Assembly: GCA_002269645.1 (NCBI GenBank)
Contig: NIVC01001221.1
Location: 1 to 64,000, forward strand
Direction of reading: 5' to 3'
DNA length: 64,000 nucleotides
Source of the DNA: Macrostomum lignano
Taxonomy: Eukaryota
Shown: positions 50,090 through 64,000 of the stretch, in pieces
How positions within the stretch are numbered: the stretch's first letter is position 1
How the letters are laid out: each line of letters opens with the position of its first letter
The notes under the pieces: model-generated
Told to the model about the DNA's origin: nothing
Databases searched by the model: none
Seen by the model: only the letters and a program-made list of their open reading frames with translations
Position numbers and translations under genes: made by a program

Positions 50090-53000
50090 TGGGTGAGATT
50101 GAGACTGAGAATTGGGGTGAGATTGAGAATTAGAATTGGGGTGAGATTGAGACTGAGACTAGGGGCGAGATTGAGACGGAAAATCGGAGTGAGACTGAGA
50201 AGGAGAATCGGGGTGAGATTGAGACGGAGAATCGGGGTGAGATTGAGACTGAGACTAGGGGCGAGATTGAGACTGAGACTAGGGGCGAGATTGAGACTGA
50301 GACTAGGGGCGAGATTGAGACTGAGACTAGGGGCGAGATTGAGACTGAGACTAGGGGTGAGATTGAGATTGAGACTAGGGGTGAGATTGTGACGGAAAAT
50401 CGGGGTGAGATTGAGACGGAGAATCGGGGTGAGATTGAGACGGAGAATCGGGGTGAGATTGAGACTGAGACTAGGGGCGAGATTGAGACTGAGACTAGGG
50501 GCGAGATTGAGACTGAGACTAGGGGCGAGATTGAGACTGAGACTAGGGGCGAGATTGAGACTGAGACTAGGGGCGAGATTGAGACTGAGACTAGGGGCGA
50601 GATTGAGACTGAGACTAGGGGCGAGATTGAGACTGAGACTAGGGGCGAGATTGAGACTGAGACTAGGGGTGAGATTGAGATTGAGACTAGGGGTGAGATT
50701 GAGACAGGGAATTGCGGTGGGATTGAGAATTAGAATTGGGGTGAGATTAAGAATTAGAATTGGGGTGAGATTGAGACTGAGACTAGGGGTGAGATTGAGA
50801 CGGAAAATCGGGGTGAGATTGAGACTGAGAATCGGGGTGAGATTGAGACGGAAAATCGGGGTGAGATTGAGACGGAAAATCGGGGTGAGATTGTGACGGA
50901 AAATCGGGGTGAGATTGAGACGGAGAATCGGGGTGAGATTGAGAATTAGATTTGGGGTGAGATTGAGACGAAGAATCGGGGTGAGATTGAGACGGAAAAT
51001 CGGGGTGAGATTGAGACGGAGAATCGGGGTGAGATTGAGACGGAAAATCGGGGTGAGATTGTGACGGAAAATCGGGGTGAGATTGAGACGGAGAATCGGG
51101 GTGAGATTGAGACTGAGACTAGGGGTGCGATTGTGACGGAAAATCGGGGTGAGATTGAGACGGAGAATCGGGGTGAGATTGAGACTGAGACTAGGGGTGA
51201 GATTGAGACTGAGACTAGGGGTGCGATTGAGACAGGGAATTGCGGTGGGATTGAGAATTAGAATTGGGGTGAGATTAAGAATTAGAATTGGGGTGAGATT
51301 GAGACTGAGACTAGGGTGAGATTAAGACGGAAAATCGGGGTGAGATTGAGACTGAGAATCGTGGTGAGATTGAGACGGAAAATCGGGGTGAGATTGAGAC
51401 GGAAAATCGGGGTGAGATTGAGACGGAGAATCGGGGTGAGATTGAGATGGAAAATCGGGTGAGATTGAGACTGAAACTAGGGGTGCGATTGAGACTGAGA
51501 ATTGCGGTGAGATTGAGAATTAGAATTGGGTTGCGATTGAGACTGAGAATTGGGGTGCGATTGAGACTGAGAATTGGGGTGAGATTGAGAATTAGATTTG
51601 GGGTGAGATTGAGAATTAGATTTGGGGTGAGATTAAGACTGAGAATCGGGGTGAGATTGAGACGGAAAATCGGGGTGAGATTGAGTCGGAGAATCGGGGT
51701 GAGATTGAGACGGAAAATCGGGGTGAGATTGAGACGAAGAATCGGGGTGAGATTGAGACGGAAAATCGGGGTGAGATTGTGACGGAAAATCGGGGTGAGA
51801 TTGAGACGGAGAATCGGGGTGAGATTGAGACTGAGACTAGGGGCGAGATTGAGACTGAGACTAGGGGCGAGATTGAGACTGAGACTAGGGGTGAGATTGA
51901 GACTGAGACTAGGGGTGCGATTGAGACTGAGAATTGCGGTGAGATTGAGAATTAGAATTGGGGTGCGATTGAGACTGAGAATTGGGGTGCGATTGAGACT
52001 GAGAATTGGGGTGAGATTGAGAATTAGATTTGGGGTGAGATTGAGAATTAGATTTGGGGTGAGATTGAGACTGAGAATCGGGGTGAGATTGAGACGGAAA
52101 ATCGGGGTGAGATTGAGACGGAGAATCGGAGTGAGATTGAGACGGAAAATCGGGGTGAGATTGAGACGGAGAATCGGGGTTAGATTGAGACGGAAAATCG
52201 GGGTGAGATTGTGACGGAAAATCGGGGTGAGATTGAGACGGAGAATTGGGGTGAGATTGAGAATTAGATTTGGGGTGAGATTGAGAATTAGATTTGGGGT
52301 GAGATTGAGACTGAGAATCGGGGTGAGATTGAGACGGAAAATCGGGGTGAGATTGAGACGGAGAATCAGGGTGAGATTGAGACGGAAAATCGGGGTGAGA
52401 TTGAGACGAAGAATCGGGGTGAGATTGAGACGGAAAATCGGGGTGAGATTGAGACGGAGAATCGGGGTGAGATTGAGACGGAAAATCGGGGTGAGATTGT
52501 GACGGAAAATCGGGGTGAGATTGAGACGGAGAATCGGGGTGAGATTGAGACTGAGACTAGGGGTGCGATTGTGACGGAAAATCGGGTGAGATTGAGACGG
52601 AGAATCGGGGTGAGATTGAGACTGAGACTAGGGGTGAGATTGAGACTGAGACTAGGGGTGCGATTGAGACAGGGAATTGCGGTGGGATTGAGAATTAGAA
52701 TTGGGGTGAGATTAAGAATTAGAATTGGGGTGAGATTGAGACTGAGACTAGGGGTGAGATTAAGACGGAAAATCGGGGTGAGATTGAGACTGAGAATCGT
52801 GGTGAGATTGAGACGGAAAATCGGGGTGAGATTGAGACGGAAAATCGGGGTGAGATTGAGACGGAGAATCGGGGTGAGATTGAGATGGAAAATCGGGTGA
52901 GATTGAGACTGAAACTAGGGGTGCGATTGAGACTGAGAATTGCGGTGAGATTGAGAATTAGAATTGGGGTGCGATTGAGACTGAGAATTGGGGTGCGATT

Positions 53001-55375
53001 GAGACTGAGAATTGGGGTGAGATTGAGAATTAGATTTGGGGTGAGATTAAGACTGAGAATCGGGGTGAGATTGAGACGGAAAATCGGGGTGAGATTGAGA
53101 CGGAGAATCGGGGTGAGATTGAGACGGAAAATCGGGGTGAGATTGAGACGGAGAATCGGGGTGAGATTGAGACGGAAAATCGGGGTGAGATTGTGACGGA
53201 AAATCGGGGTGAGATTGAGACGGAGAATCGGGGTGAGATTGAGACTGAGACTAGGGGCGAGATTGAGACTGAGACTAGGGGCGAGATTGAGACTGAGACT
53301 AGGGGTGAGATTGAGACTGAGACTAGCGGTGCGATTGAGACTGAGAATTGCGGTGAGATTGAGAATTAGAATTGGGGTGCGATTGAGACTGAGAATTGGG
53401 GTGCGATTGAGACTGAGAATTGGGGTGAGATTGAGAATTAGATTTGGGGTGAGATTGAGAATTAGATTTGGGGTGAGATTGAGACTGAGAATCGGGGTGA
53501 GATTGAGACGGAAAATCGGGGTGAGATTGAGACGGAGAATCGGGGTGAGATTGAGACGGAAAATCGGGGTGAGATTGAGACGGAGAATCGGGGTTAGATT
53601 GAGACGGAAAATCGGGGTGAGATTGTGACGGAAAATCGGGTGAGATTGAGACGGAGAATCGGGTGAGATTGAGACGGAAAATCGGGGTGAGATTGAGACG
53701 AAGAATCGGGGTGAGATTGAGACGGAAAATCGGGGTGAGATTGAGACGGAGAATCGGGGTGAGATTGAGACGGAAAATCGGGGGAGATTGTGACGGAAAA
53801 TCGGGGTGAGATTGAGACGGAGAATCGGGGTGAGATTGAGACTGAGACTAGGGGTGCGATTGTGACGGAAAATCGGGGTGAGATTGAGACGGAGAATCGG
53901 GGTGAGATTGAGACTGAGACTAGGGGTGAGATTGAGACTGAGACTAGGGGTGCGATTGAGACAGGGAATTGCGGTGGGATTGAGAATTAGAATTGGGGTG
54001 AGATTAAGAATTAGAATTGGGGTGAGATTGAGACTGAGACTAGGGGTGAGATTAAGACGGAAAATCGGGGTGAGATTGAGACTGAGAATCGTGGTGAGAT
54101 TGAGACGGAAAATCGGGGTGAGATTGAGACGGAAAATCGGGGTGAGATTGAGACGGAGAATCGGGGTGAGATTGAGATGGAAAATCGGGTGAGATTGAGA
54201 CTGAGAATTGCGGTGAGATTGAGAATTAGAATTGGGGTGCGATTGAGACTGAGAATTGGGGTGCGATTGAGACTGAGAATTGGGGTGAGATTGAGAATTA
54301 GATTTGGGGTGAGATTGAGAATTAGATTTGGGGTGAGATTGAGACTGAGAATCGGGGTGAGATTGAGACGGAAAATCGGGGTGAGATTGAGACGGAGAAT
54401 CGGGGTGAGATTGAGACGGAAAATCGGGGTGAGATTGTGACGGAAAATCGGGGTGAGATTGAGACGGAGAATCGGGGTGAGATTGAGACGGAGAATCGGG
54501 GTGAGATTGAGACGGAAAATCGGGGTGAGATTGAGACGGAGAATCGGGGTGAGATTGAGACGGAAAATCGGGGTGAGATTGTGACGGAAAATCGGGGTGA
54601 GATTGAGACGGAGAATCGGGGTGAGATTGAGACTGAGACTAGGGGTGAGATTGAGACTGAGACTAGGGGTGCGATTGAGACAGGGAATTGCGGTGGGATT
54701 GAGAATTAGAATTGGGGTGAGATTAAGAATTAGAATTGGGGTGAGATTGAGACTGAGACTAGGGGTGAGATTAAGACGGAAAATCGGGGTGAGATTGAGA
54801 CTGAGAATCGTGGTGAGATTGAGACGGAAAATCGGGGTGAGATTGAGACGGAAAATCGGGGTGAGATTGAGACGGAGAATCGGGGTGAGATTGAGATGGA
54901 AAATCGGGTGAGATTGAGACTGAGAATTGCGGTGAGATTGAGAATTAGAATTGGGGTGCGATTGAGACTGAGAATTGGGGTGCGATTGAGACTGAGAATT
55001 GGGGTGAGATTGAGAATTAGATTTGGGGTGAGATTGAGAATTAGATTTGGGGTGAGATTGAGACTGAGAATCGGGGTGAGATTGAGACGGAAAATCGGGG
55101 TGAGATTGAGACGGAGAATCGGGGTGAGATTGAGACGGAAAATCGGGGTGAGATTGTGACGGAAAATCGGGGTGAGATTGAGACGGAGAATCGGGGTGAG
55201 ATTGAGACGGAGAATCGGGGTGAGATTGAGACGGAAAATCGGGGTGAGATTGAGACGGAGAATCGGGGTGAGATTGAGACGGAAAATCGGGGTGAGATTG
55301 TGACGGAAAATCGGGGTGAGATTGAGACTGAGATTTGGGGTGAGATTAAGACTAAGATTTGGGGTGAGACTGAGG
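50090..55375. repeat. 24-bp minisatellite (GAGATTGAGACGGAAAATCGGGGT) with ~719-bp higher-order blocks
   Basis: 8-aa periodicity. Matching ORF translations recur at offsets 719 (53878/54597, 54177/54896) and 1438 (51447/52885). Confidence 0.96.
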
Positions 55376-55435
55376 TTTTTTGAGATCGAGACCCATGGAT
55401 GCAAGGAAGCAGGAAGACCGAGCCCCCCCCCCCAG

Positions 55436-57251
55436 TTAGTTAATGCTAGGCAGCCGGTCGCTTTCCCATTTCACAGTGAGGGTTGGCCATTTAGTCTGCA
55501 GCACTCTCATCAGGTCGCAGTGCCCGACGCTGCAGTCGGCGATCTCCTGCTGCATGTTGGCGTCGCCCCGCACGTACGCCACCTTGGCAGTGGCGCCTCT
55601 GGCCAGGTTATTGAGGTGGAACAGCGCAAATTTGCTAGGATAATCGTTGCAAGCATTGGGGAAGAATAGCCGGATGAAGCTGTCTCTTAAAATGATTTGA
55701 AGACCTTCGGGATCGAGGCGGGTCTTCAACTCGGACAGATTCTGGCAGCCTTCGGGCAGGTCGAGCCTGGCCGACTTCATCAGCTCGTCCAGCTTGTCGG
55801 CTGGGATAAATCCTGCCGAGCTGGCGTCCAGCTGGTGAAAGACTCGCTCCACCTGGGCGGTTGGGTGGGATTTTTATATAGTGGATTTAGGTTTGACATT
55901 GGGGGTTGGGGATTTTTCGTTAGAGATTTGGGATTTAACACTAGAGATTTGGGATTTTTTATTAGGAATTTTGCGTTTTCTCGTTAGGGATTTGGGATTT
56001 TTCATTGGGGATTTTGAATTTTTCTAGAGGGATTTAGGATTTTTCATTAGGGAGTTGGGATTTTTCATAGAGATTTAGGATTTTTTATTAGGGATTTAGG
56101 GTTTTTCATTGGGGATTTAGGGTTTTTAATTAGGGATTTAGGGTTTCTTATTAGGGATTTAGGGTTTTTCATTGGGGATTTAGGGTTTTCATTGGGGATT
56201 AGGGTTTTCATTGGGGATTTAGGGTTTTCATTGGGGATTTAGGGTTTTTATTGGGGATTTAGGGTTTTCATTGGGGATTTAGGGTTTTATTCGGGAATTT
56301 AGGGGTTTTCATTGGGGATATAGGGTTTTATTCGGGGATTTAGGGGTTTTCATTGGGGATTTAGGGTTTTTCATTGACGATTTAGGGTTTTCATTGGGGA
56401 TTTAGGGTTTTTCATTAGGGATTTGAGACTCTTCATTGGGGATTGGAGATTTTTCAGGCGAGATTTAGGATTTTTAAGAATATGGATTTTTTAGGGGACT
56501 TAGAGCGTATTCATAATTCCAATAGATTTGCGAGTTTTTGTTTCTGCAAGAAACTGACCTCTTGACACTTGCCATCGCCCTGAATGAGTCTGGCCTCATT
56601 AGAGAACAGCACAGTGAGGTGAGTCTCGCTGCCAACGATCCACACCGGGTAGCGAGGATTCTTCAGGTGCCAGCCAACCTCGCAGTAGCGCAGGGACTCC
56701 AACAGAGTGAGAAATCCAATACTGGGTTGACTGGCAATGCCTTGCATAACTGCGGGTTTATTTAGTTGCGAATTTATACGCTAATTATGCTACTGACAGT
56801 AGAAGTATAAGTGCATGTTTTTGAGAATTAGTATCTAGGCTAAGAAGCGTCCCAAGAGTCACTTTCGTTGTCTGAACGGTGTGTTTTTGAACGGTTATGC
56901 ACAAACTACACTACTTTAAATCAGCTGGTAAGTAGTATTTAATGCTTTTTATAGGAAAAAAATAATACAAAAGACGAAAAATTCCCCCCTCTCTCTCTCA
57001 CCCAGGCCGTCAACGTTGCGCATTCCGTCAAAAAAATGAGGCGTCGCCACCCCAGCAATGAGCAGATTGAGCAGCGCCTGGCTGCCATTTCCGCTGCGCG
57101 GATCAACAAGGGATTCTTCTTCGTCTGCCACCTGTTGGCGAACTTGATCTACGCCTAGCGTGAGCACGGCTGAGTACACCAGGGATAGCAGGCCCAGTTT
57201 GCCTAGTAGGCCTTGCAGTACTGACATGACCATCTGCTCCATGAGGTCGGG
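55436..57251 (-). CDS. MINDY3: MINDY3/FAM188A K48-linkage deubiquitinase, last three exons (57251-57002, 56749-56559, 55852-55436); 5' exons lie beyond the window
   Basis: Motifs GSQALLNLL, GFLTLLESLRYCEVG.HLKNP.YPVWIVGSETHLTVLF (catalytic His), an EF-hand-like insert, LDPEGL.IIL and terminal LQTKWP....W.SDR.PSIN. Junctions are GT-AG with compatible phases. Confidence 0.93.
55885..56500. repeat. ~20-21 bp repeat (ATTGGGGATTTAGGGTTTTTC) filling the last MINDY3 intron
   Basis: Tandem units are visible. Confidence 0.88.
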
Positions 57252-57269
57252 CTGCGGTGCGGGGTGAGG

Positions 57270-60200
57270 GGGCGATGCTTAGTGAAGGGTCAGGAGCGAT
57301 GCTTAGTGAAGGATCAGGGGCGATGCTTAGTGAAGGGTCAGGGGAGATGCTTAGTGAAGGATCAGGGGAGATGCTTAGTGAAGGGTCAGGGGAGATGCTT
57401 AGTGAAGGTCAGGGGAGATGCTTAGTGAAGGATCAGGGGAGATGCTTAGTGAAGGGTCAGGGGAGATGCTTAGTGAAGGATCAGGGGAGATGCTTAGTGA
57501 AGGATCAGGAGCGATGCTTAGTGAAGGGTCAGGAGCGATGCTTAGTGAAGGGTCAGGGAGATGCTTAGTGAAGGATCAGGGGAGATGCTTAGTGAAGGAT
57601 CAGGGGAGATGCTTAGTGAAGGATCAGGGGAGATGCTTAGTGAAGGATCAGGGGAGATGCTTAGTGAAGGATCAGGGGAGATGCTTAGTGAAGGATCAGG
57701 GGAGATGCTTAGTGAAGGATCAGGGGAGATGCTTAGTGAAGGGTCAGGAGCGATGCTTAGTGAAGGGTCAGGAGCGATGCTTAGTGAAGGATCAGGGGCG
57801 ATGCTTAGTGAAGGGTCAGGAGCGATGCTTAGTGAAGGATCAGGGGAGATGCTTAGTGAAGGGTCAGGAGCGATGCTTAGTGAAGGGTCAGGAGCGATGC
57901 TTAGTGAAGGGTCAGGGAGATGCTTAGTGAAGGATCAGGGGAGATGCTTAGTGAAGGATCAGGGGAGATGCTTAGTGAAGGATCAGGGGAGATGCTTAGT
58001 GAAGGATCAGGAGCGATGCTTAGTGAAGGGTCAGGAGCGATGCTTAGTGAAGGGTCAGGGGAGATGCTTAGTGAAGGGTCAGGAGCGATGCTTAGTGAAG
58101 GGTCAGGGGAGATGCTTAGTGAAGGGTCAGGGGAGATGCTTAGTGAAGGGTCAGGGGAGATGCTTAGTGAAGGATCAGGAGCGATGCTTAGTGAAGGGTC
58201 AGGGGAGATGCTTAGTGAAGGTCAGGGGCGATGCTTAGTGAAGGGTCAAGGGAGATGCTTAGTGAAGGTCAGGGGCGATGCTTAGTGAAGGATCAGGAGC
58301 GATGCTTAGTGAAGGATCAGGAGCGATGCTTAGTGAAGGGTCAGGGGAGATGCTTAGTGAAGGATCAGGGGAGATGCTTAGTGAAGGATCAGGGGAGATG
58401 CTTAGTGAAGGATCAGGGGAGATGCTTAGTGAAGGGTCAGGGGAGATGCTTAGTGAAGGGTCAGGGGAGATGCTTAGTGAAGGGTCAGGGGAAATGCTTA
58501 GTGAAGGATCAGGGGAGATGCTTAGTGAAGGATCAGGGGAGATGCTTAGTGAAGGATCAGGGGAGATGCTTAGTGAAGGATCAGGGGAGATGCTTAGTGA
58601 AGGATCAGGGGAGATGCTTAGTGAAGGGTCAGGGGAGATGCTTAGTGAAGGGTCAGGGGCGATGCTTAGTGAAGGATCAGGGGAGATGCTTAGTGAAGGA
58701 TCAGGAGCGATGCTTAGTGAAGGGTCAGGAGCGATGCTTAGTGAAGGGTCAGGGGAGATGCTTAGTGAAGGGTCAGGGGAGATGCTTAGTGAAGGGTCAG
58801 GGGAGATGCTTAGTGAAGGGTCAGGGGAGATGCTTAGTGAAGGATCAGGGGAGATGCTTAGTGAAGGATCAGGGGAGATGCTTAGTGAAGGGTCAGGGGA
58901 GATGCTTAGTGAAGGGTCAGGGGAGATGCTTAGTGAAGGGTCAGGGGAGATGCTTAGTGAAGGATCAGGAGCGATGCTTAGTGAAGGGTCAGGAGCGATG
59001 CTTAGTGAAGGGTCAGGGGAGATGCTTAGTGAAGGGTCAGGAGCGATGCTTAGTGAAGGGTCAGGAGCGATGCTTAGTGAAGGGTCAGGGGAGATGCTTA
59101 GTGAAGGGTCAGGAGCGATGCTTAGTGAAGGGTCAGGAGCGATGCTTAGTGAAGGGTCAGGGGAGATGCTTAGTGAAGGGTCAGGGGAGATGCTTAGTGA
59201 AGGGTCAGGAGCGATGCTTAGTGAAGGGTCAGGAGCGATGCTTAGTGAAGGGTCAGGGGAGATGCTTAGTGAAGGGTCAGGGGAGATGCTTAGTGAAGGG
59301 TCAGGAGCGATGCTTAGTGAAGGATCAGGAGCGATGCTTAGTGAAGGGTCAGGAGCGATGCTTAGTGAAGGATCAGGAGCGATGCTTAGTGAAGGGTCAG
59401 GAGCGATGCTTAGTGAAGGATCAGGGGAGATGCTTAGTGAAGGGTCAGGAGCGATGCTTAGTGAAGGGTCAGGAGCGATGCTTAGTGAAGGGTCAGGGAG
59501 ATGCTTAGTGAAGGATCAGGGGAGATGCTTAGTGAAGGATCAGGGGAGATGCTTAGTGAAGGATCAGGGGAGATGCTTAGTGAAGGATCAGGAGCGATGC
59601 TTAGTGAAGGGTCAGGAGCGATGCTTAGTGAAGGGTCAGGGGAGATGCTTAGTGAAGGGTCAGGAGCGATGCTTAGTGAAGGGTCAGGGGAGATGCTTAG
59701 TGAAGGGTCAGGGGAGATGCTTAGTGAAGGGTCAGGGGAGATGCTTAGTGAAGGATCAGGAGCGATGCTTAGTGAAGGGTCAGGGGAGATGCTTAGTGAA
59801 GGTCAGGGGCGATGCTTAGTGAAGGGTCAGGGGAGATGCTTAGTGAAGGTCAGGGGCGATGCTTAGTGAAGGATCAGGAGCGATGCTTAGTGAAGGATCA
59901 GGAGCGATGCTTAGTGAAGGATCAGGGGAGATGCTTAGTGAAGGATCAGGGGAGATGCTTAGTGAAGGATCAGGGGAGATGCTTAGTGAAGGATCAGGGG
60001 AGATGCTTAGTGAAGGGTCAGGGGAGATGCTTAGTGAAGGGTCAGGGGAGATGCTTAGTGAAGGGTCAGGGGAGATGCTTAGTGAAGGATCAGGGGAGAT
60101 GCTTAGTGAAGGATCAGGGGAGATGCTTAGTGAAGGATCAGGGGAGATGCTTAGTGAAGGATCAGGGGAGATGCTTAGTGAAGGATCAGGGGAGATGCTT

Positions 60201-63200
60201 AGTGAAGGGTCAGGGGAGATGCTTAGTGAAGGGTCAGGGGCGATGCTTAGTGAAGGATCAGGGGAGATGCTTAGTGAAGGATCAGGAGCGATGCTTAGTG
60301 AAGGGTCAGGAGCGATGCTTAGTGAAGGGTCAGGGGAGATGCTTAGTGAAGGGTCAGGAGCGATGCTTAGTGAAGGGTCAGGGGAGATGCTTAGTGAAGG
60401 GTCAGGGGAGATGCTTAGTGAAGGGTCAGGGGAGATGCTTAGTGAAGGGTCAGGGGAGATGCTTAGTGAAGGATCAGGAGCGATGCTTAGTGAAGGGTCA
60501 GGAGCGATGCTTAGTGAAGGGTCAGGGGAGATGCTTAGTGAAGGGTCAGGAGCGATGCTTAGTGAAGGGTCAGGAGCGATGCTTAGTGAAGGGTCAGGGG
60601 AGATGCTTAGTGAAGGGTCAGGAGCGATGCTTAGTGAAGGGTCAGGAGCGATGCTTAGTGAAGGGTCAGGGGAGATGCTTAGTGAAGGGTCAGGGGAGAT
60701 GCTTAGTGAAGGGTCAGGAGCGATGCTTAGTGAAGGGTCAGGAGCGATGCTTAGTGAAGGGTCAGGGGAGATGCTTAGTGAAGGGTCAGGGGAGATGCTT
60801 AGTGAAGGGTCAGGAGCGATGCTTAGTGAAGGATCAGGAGCGATGCTTAGTGAAGGGTCAGGAGCGATGCTTAGTGAAGGATCAGGAGCGATGCTTAGTG
60901 AAGGGTCAGGAGCGATGCTTAGTGAAGGATCAGGGGAGATGCTTAGTGAAGGGTCAGGAGCGATGCTTAGTGAAGGGTCAGGAGCGATGCTTAGTGAAGG
61001 GTCAGGGAGATGCTTAGTGAAGGATCAGGGGAGATGCTTAGTGAAGGATCAGGGGAGATGCTTAGTGAAGGATCAGGGGAGATGCTTAGTGAAGGATCAG
61101 GAGCGATGCTTAGTGAAGGGTCAGGAGCGATGCTTAGTGAAGGGTCAGGGGAGATGCTTAGTGAAGGGTCAGGAGCGATGCTTAGTGAAGGGTCAGGGGA
61201 GATGCTTAGTGAAGGGTCAGGGGAGATGCTTAGTGAAGGGTCAGGGGAGATGCTTAGTGAAGGATCAGGAGCGATGCTTAGTGAAGGGTCAGGGGAGATG
61301 CTTAGTGAAGGTCAGGGGCGATGCTTAGTGAAGGGTCAGGGGAGATGCTTAGTGAAGGTCAGGGGCGATGCTTAGTGAAGGATCAGGAGCGATGCTTAGT
61401 GAAGGATCAGGAGCGATGCTTAGTGAAGGATCAGGGGAGATGCTTAGTGAAGGATCAGGGGAGATGCTTAGTGAAGGATCAGGGGAGATGCTTAGTGAAG
61501 GATCAGGGGAGATGCTTAGTGAAGGGTCAGGGGAGATGCTTAGTGAAGGGTCAGGAGCGATGCTTAGTGAAGGGTCAGGAGCGATGCTTAGTGAAGGGTC
61601 AGGGGAGATGCTTAGTGAAGGGTCAGGAGCGATGCTTAGTGAAGGGTCAGGAGCGATGCTTAGTGAAGGGTCAGGGGAGATGCTTAGTGAAGGGTCAGGG
61701 GAGATGCTTAGTGAAGGGTCAGGAGCGATGCTTAGTGAAGGATCAGGAGCGATGCTTAGTGAAGGGTCAGGAGCGATGCTTAGTGAAGGATCAGGAGCGA
61801 TGCTTAGTGAAGGGTCAGGAGCGATGCTTAGTGAAGGATCAGGGGAGATGCTTAGTGAAGGGTCAGGAGCGATGCTTAGTGAAGGGTCAGGAGCGATGCT
61901 TAGTGAAGGGTCAGGGAGATGCTTAGTGAAGGATCAGGGGAGATGCTTAGTGAAGGATCAGGGGAATGCTTAGTGAAGGATCAGGGGAGATGCTTAGTGA
62001 AGGATCAGGAGCGATGCTTAGTGAAGGGTCAGGAGCGATGCTTAGTGAAGGGTCAGGGGAGATGCTTAGTGAAGGGTCAGGAGCGATGCTTAGTGAAGGG
62101 TCAGGGGAGATGCTTAGTGAAGGGTCAGGGGAGATGCTTAGTGAAGGGTCAGGGGAGATGCTTAGTGAAGGGTCAGGAGCGATGCTTAGTGAAGGGTCAG
62201 GGGAGATGCTTAGTGAAGGTCAGGGGCGATGCTTAGTGAAGGGTCAGGGGAGATGCTTAGTGAAGGTCAGGGGCGATGCTTAGTGAAGGATCAGGAGCGA
62301 TGCTTAGTGAAGGATCAGGAGCGATGCTTAGTGAAGGATCAGGGGAGATGCTTAGTGAAGGATCAGGGGAGATGCTTAGTGAAGGATCAGGGGAGATGCT
62401 TAGTGAAGGATCAGGGGAGATGCTTAGTGAAGGATCAGGGGAGATGCTTAGTGAAGGGTCAGGGGAGATGCTTAGTGAAGGGTCAGGGGAGATGCTTAGT
62501 GAAGGGTCAGGGGAGATGCTTAGTGAAGGGTCAGGGGAGATGCTTAGTGAAGGGTCAGGGGAGATGCTTAGTGAAGGATCAGGAGCGATGCTTAGTGAAG
62601 GGTCAGGGGAGATGCTTAGTGAAGGTCAGGGCGATGCTTAGTGAAGGGTCAGGGGAGATGCTTAGTGAAGGTCAGGGGCGATGCTTAGTGAAGGATCAGG
62701 AGCGATGCTTAGTGAAGGGTCAGGAGCGATGCTTAGTGAAGGATCAGGAGCGATGCTTAGTGAAGGGTCAGGAGCGATGCTTAGTGAAGGATCAGGGGAG
62801 ATGCTTAGTGAAGGGTCAGGAGCGATGCTTAGTGAAGGGTCAGGAGCGATGCTTAGTGAAGGGTCAGGGAGATGCTTAGTGAAGGATCAGGGGAGATGCT
62901 TAGTGAAGGATCAGGGGAGATGCTTAGTGAAGGATCAGGGGAGATGCTTAGTGAAGGATCAGGAGCGATGCTTAGTGAAGGGTCAGGAGCGATGCTTAGT
63001 GAAGGGTCAGGGGAGATGCTTAGTGAAGGGTCAGGAGCGATGCTTAGTGAAGGGTCAGGGGAGATGCTTAGTGAAGGGTCAGGGGAGATGCTTAGTGAAG
63101 GGTCAGGGGAGATGCTTAGTGAAGGATCAGGAGCGATGCTTAGTGAAGGGTCAGGGGAGATGCTTAGTGAAGGTCAGGGGCGATGCTTAGTGAAGGGTCA

Positions 63201-64000
63201 GGGGAGATGCTTAGTGAAGGTCAGGGGCGATGCTTAGTGAAGGATCAGGAGCGATGCTTAGTGAAGGATCAGGAGCGATGCTTAGTGAAGGATCAGGGGA
63301 GATGCTTAGTGAAGGATCAGGGGAGATGCTTAGTGAAGGATCAGGGGAGATGCTTAGTGAAGGATCAGGGGAGATGCTTAGTGAAGGGTCAGGGGAGATG
63401 CTTAGTGAAGGGTCAGGGGAGATGCTTAGTGAAGGGTCAGGGGAGATGCTTAGTGAAGGATCAGGGGAGATGCTTAGTGAAGGATCAGGGGAGATGCTTA
63501 GTGAAGGATCAGGGGAGATGCTTAGTGAAGGATCAGGGGAGATGCTTAGTGAAGGATCAGGGGAGATGCTTAGTGAAGGGTCAGGGGAGATGCTTAGTGA
63601 AGGGTCAGGGGCGATGCTTAGTGAAGGATCAGGGGAGATGCTTAGTGAAGGATCAGGAGCGATGCTTAGTGAAGGGTCAGGAGCGATGCTTAGTGAAGGG
63701 TCAGGGGAGATGCTTAGTGAAGGGTCAGGAGCGATGCTTAGTGAAGGGTCAGGGGAGATGCTTAGTGAAGGGTCAGGGGAGATGCTTAGTGAAGGGTCAG
63801 GGGAGATGCTTAGTGAAGGGTCAGGGGAGATGCTTAGTGAAGGATCAGGAGCGATGCTTAGTGAAGGGTCAGGAGCGATGCTTAGTGAAGGGTCAGGGGA
63901 GATGCTTAGTGAAGGGTCAGGAGCGATGCTTAGTGAAGGGTCAGGAGCGATGCTTAGTGAAGGGTCAGGGGAGATGCTTAGTGAAGGGTCAGGAGCGATG
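57270..64000. repeat. 24-bp minisatellite (GATGCTTAGTGAAGG[A/G]TCAGG[GGA/AGC]) in a MINDY3 intron, running off the window end
   Basis: 8-aa periodicity (MLSEGSGE/A). Rare 23-bp units shift the frame and recur at 1581- and 1509-bp offsets. Confidence 0.97.

Noticed and set aside
47823-63237. Dozens of long ORFs (e.g. MLSEGSGE..., RLRRKIGV..., SVCLSVC...) up to 551 aa
   Set aside because: They are translations of stop-free tandem repeats, open in several frames, and lie in introns or intergenic DNA.

Overview
Repeat-rich animal genomic DNA with intron-containing genes. Exons are GC3-rich and almost every large intron is filled by its own minisatellite. This architecture resembles the flatworm Macrostomum lignano, which is an inference I cannot confirm. 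Four recognisable genes could be reconstructed by hand. These are SCOC (minus, single coding exon), ATG14 (plus, divergent from SCOC, with an unexplained frame switch in its last exon), a complete 16-exon ANO7-like anoctamin (minus, 880 aa), and the last three exons of MINDY3/FAM188A (minus). There is also a young 5'-truncated RNase H-bearing non-LTR retrotransposon flanked by an apparently identical 457-bp direct duplication. Non-autonomous DNA elements include a hAT element with an 8-bp TSD, a TA-flanked MITE and a probable Helitron 3' end. An AT-rich orphan ORF contains a segment resembling a GTF2I-type repeat, three small exons belong to an unidentified gene, and there are more than 20 tandem arrays. 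Most long ORFs in the supplied track are translated repeats, not genes. All coordinates were read by eye and repeat boundaries are approximate.
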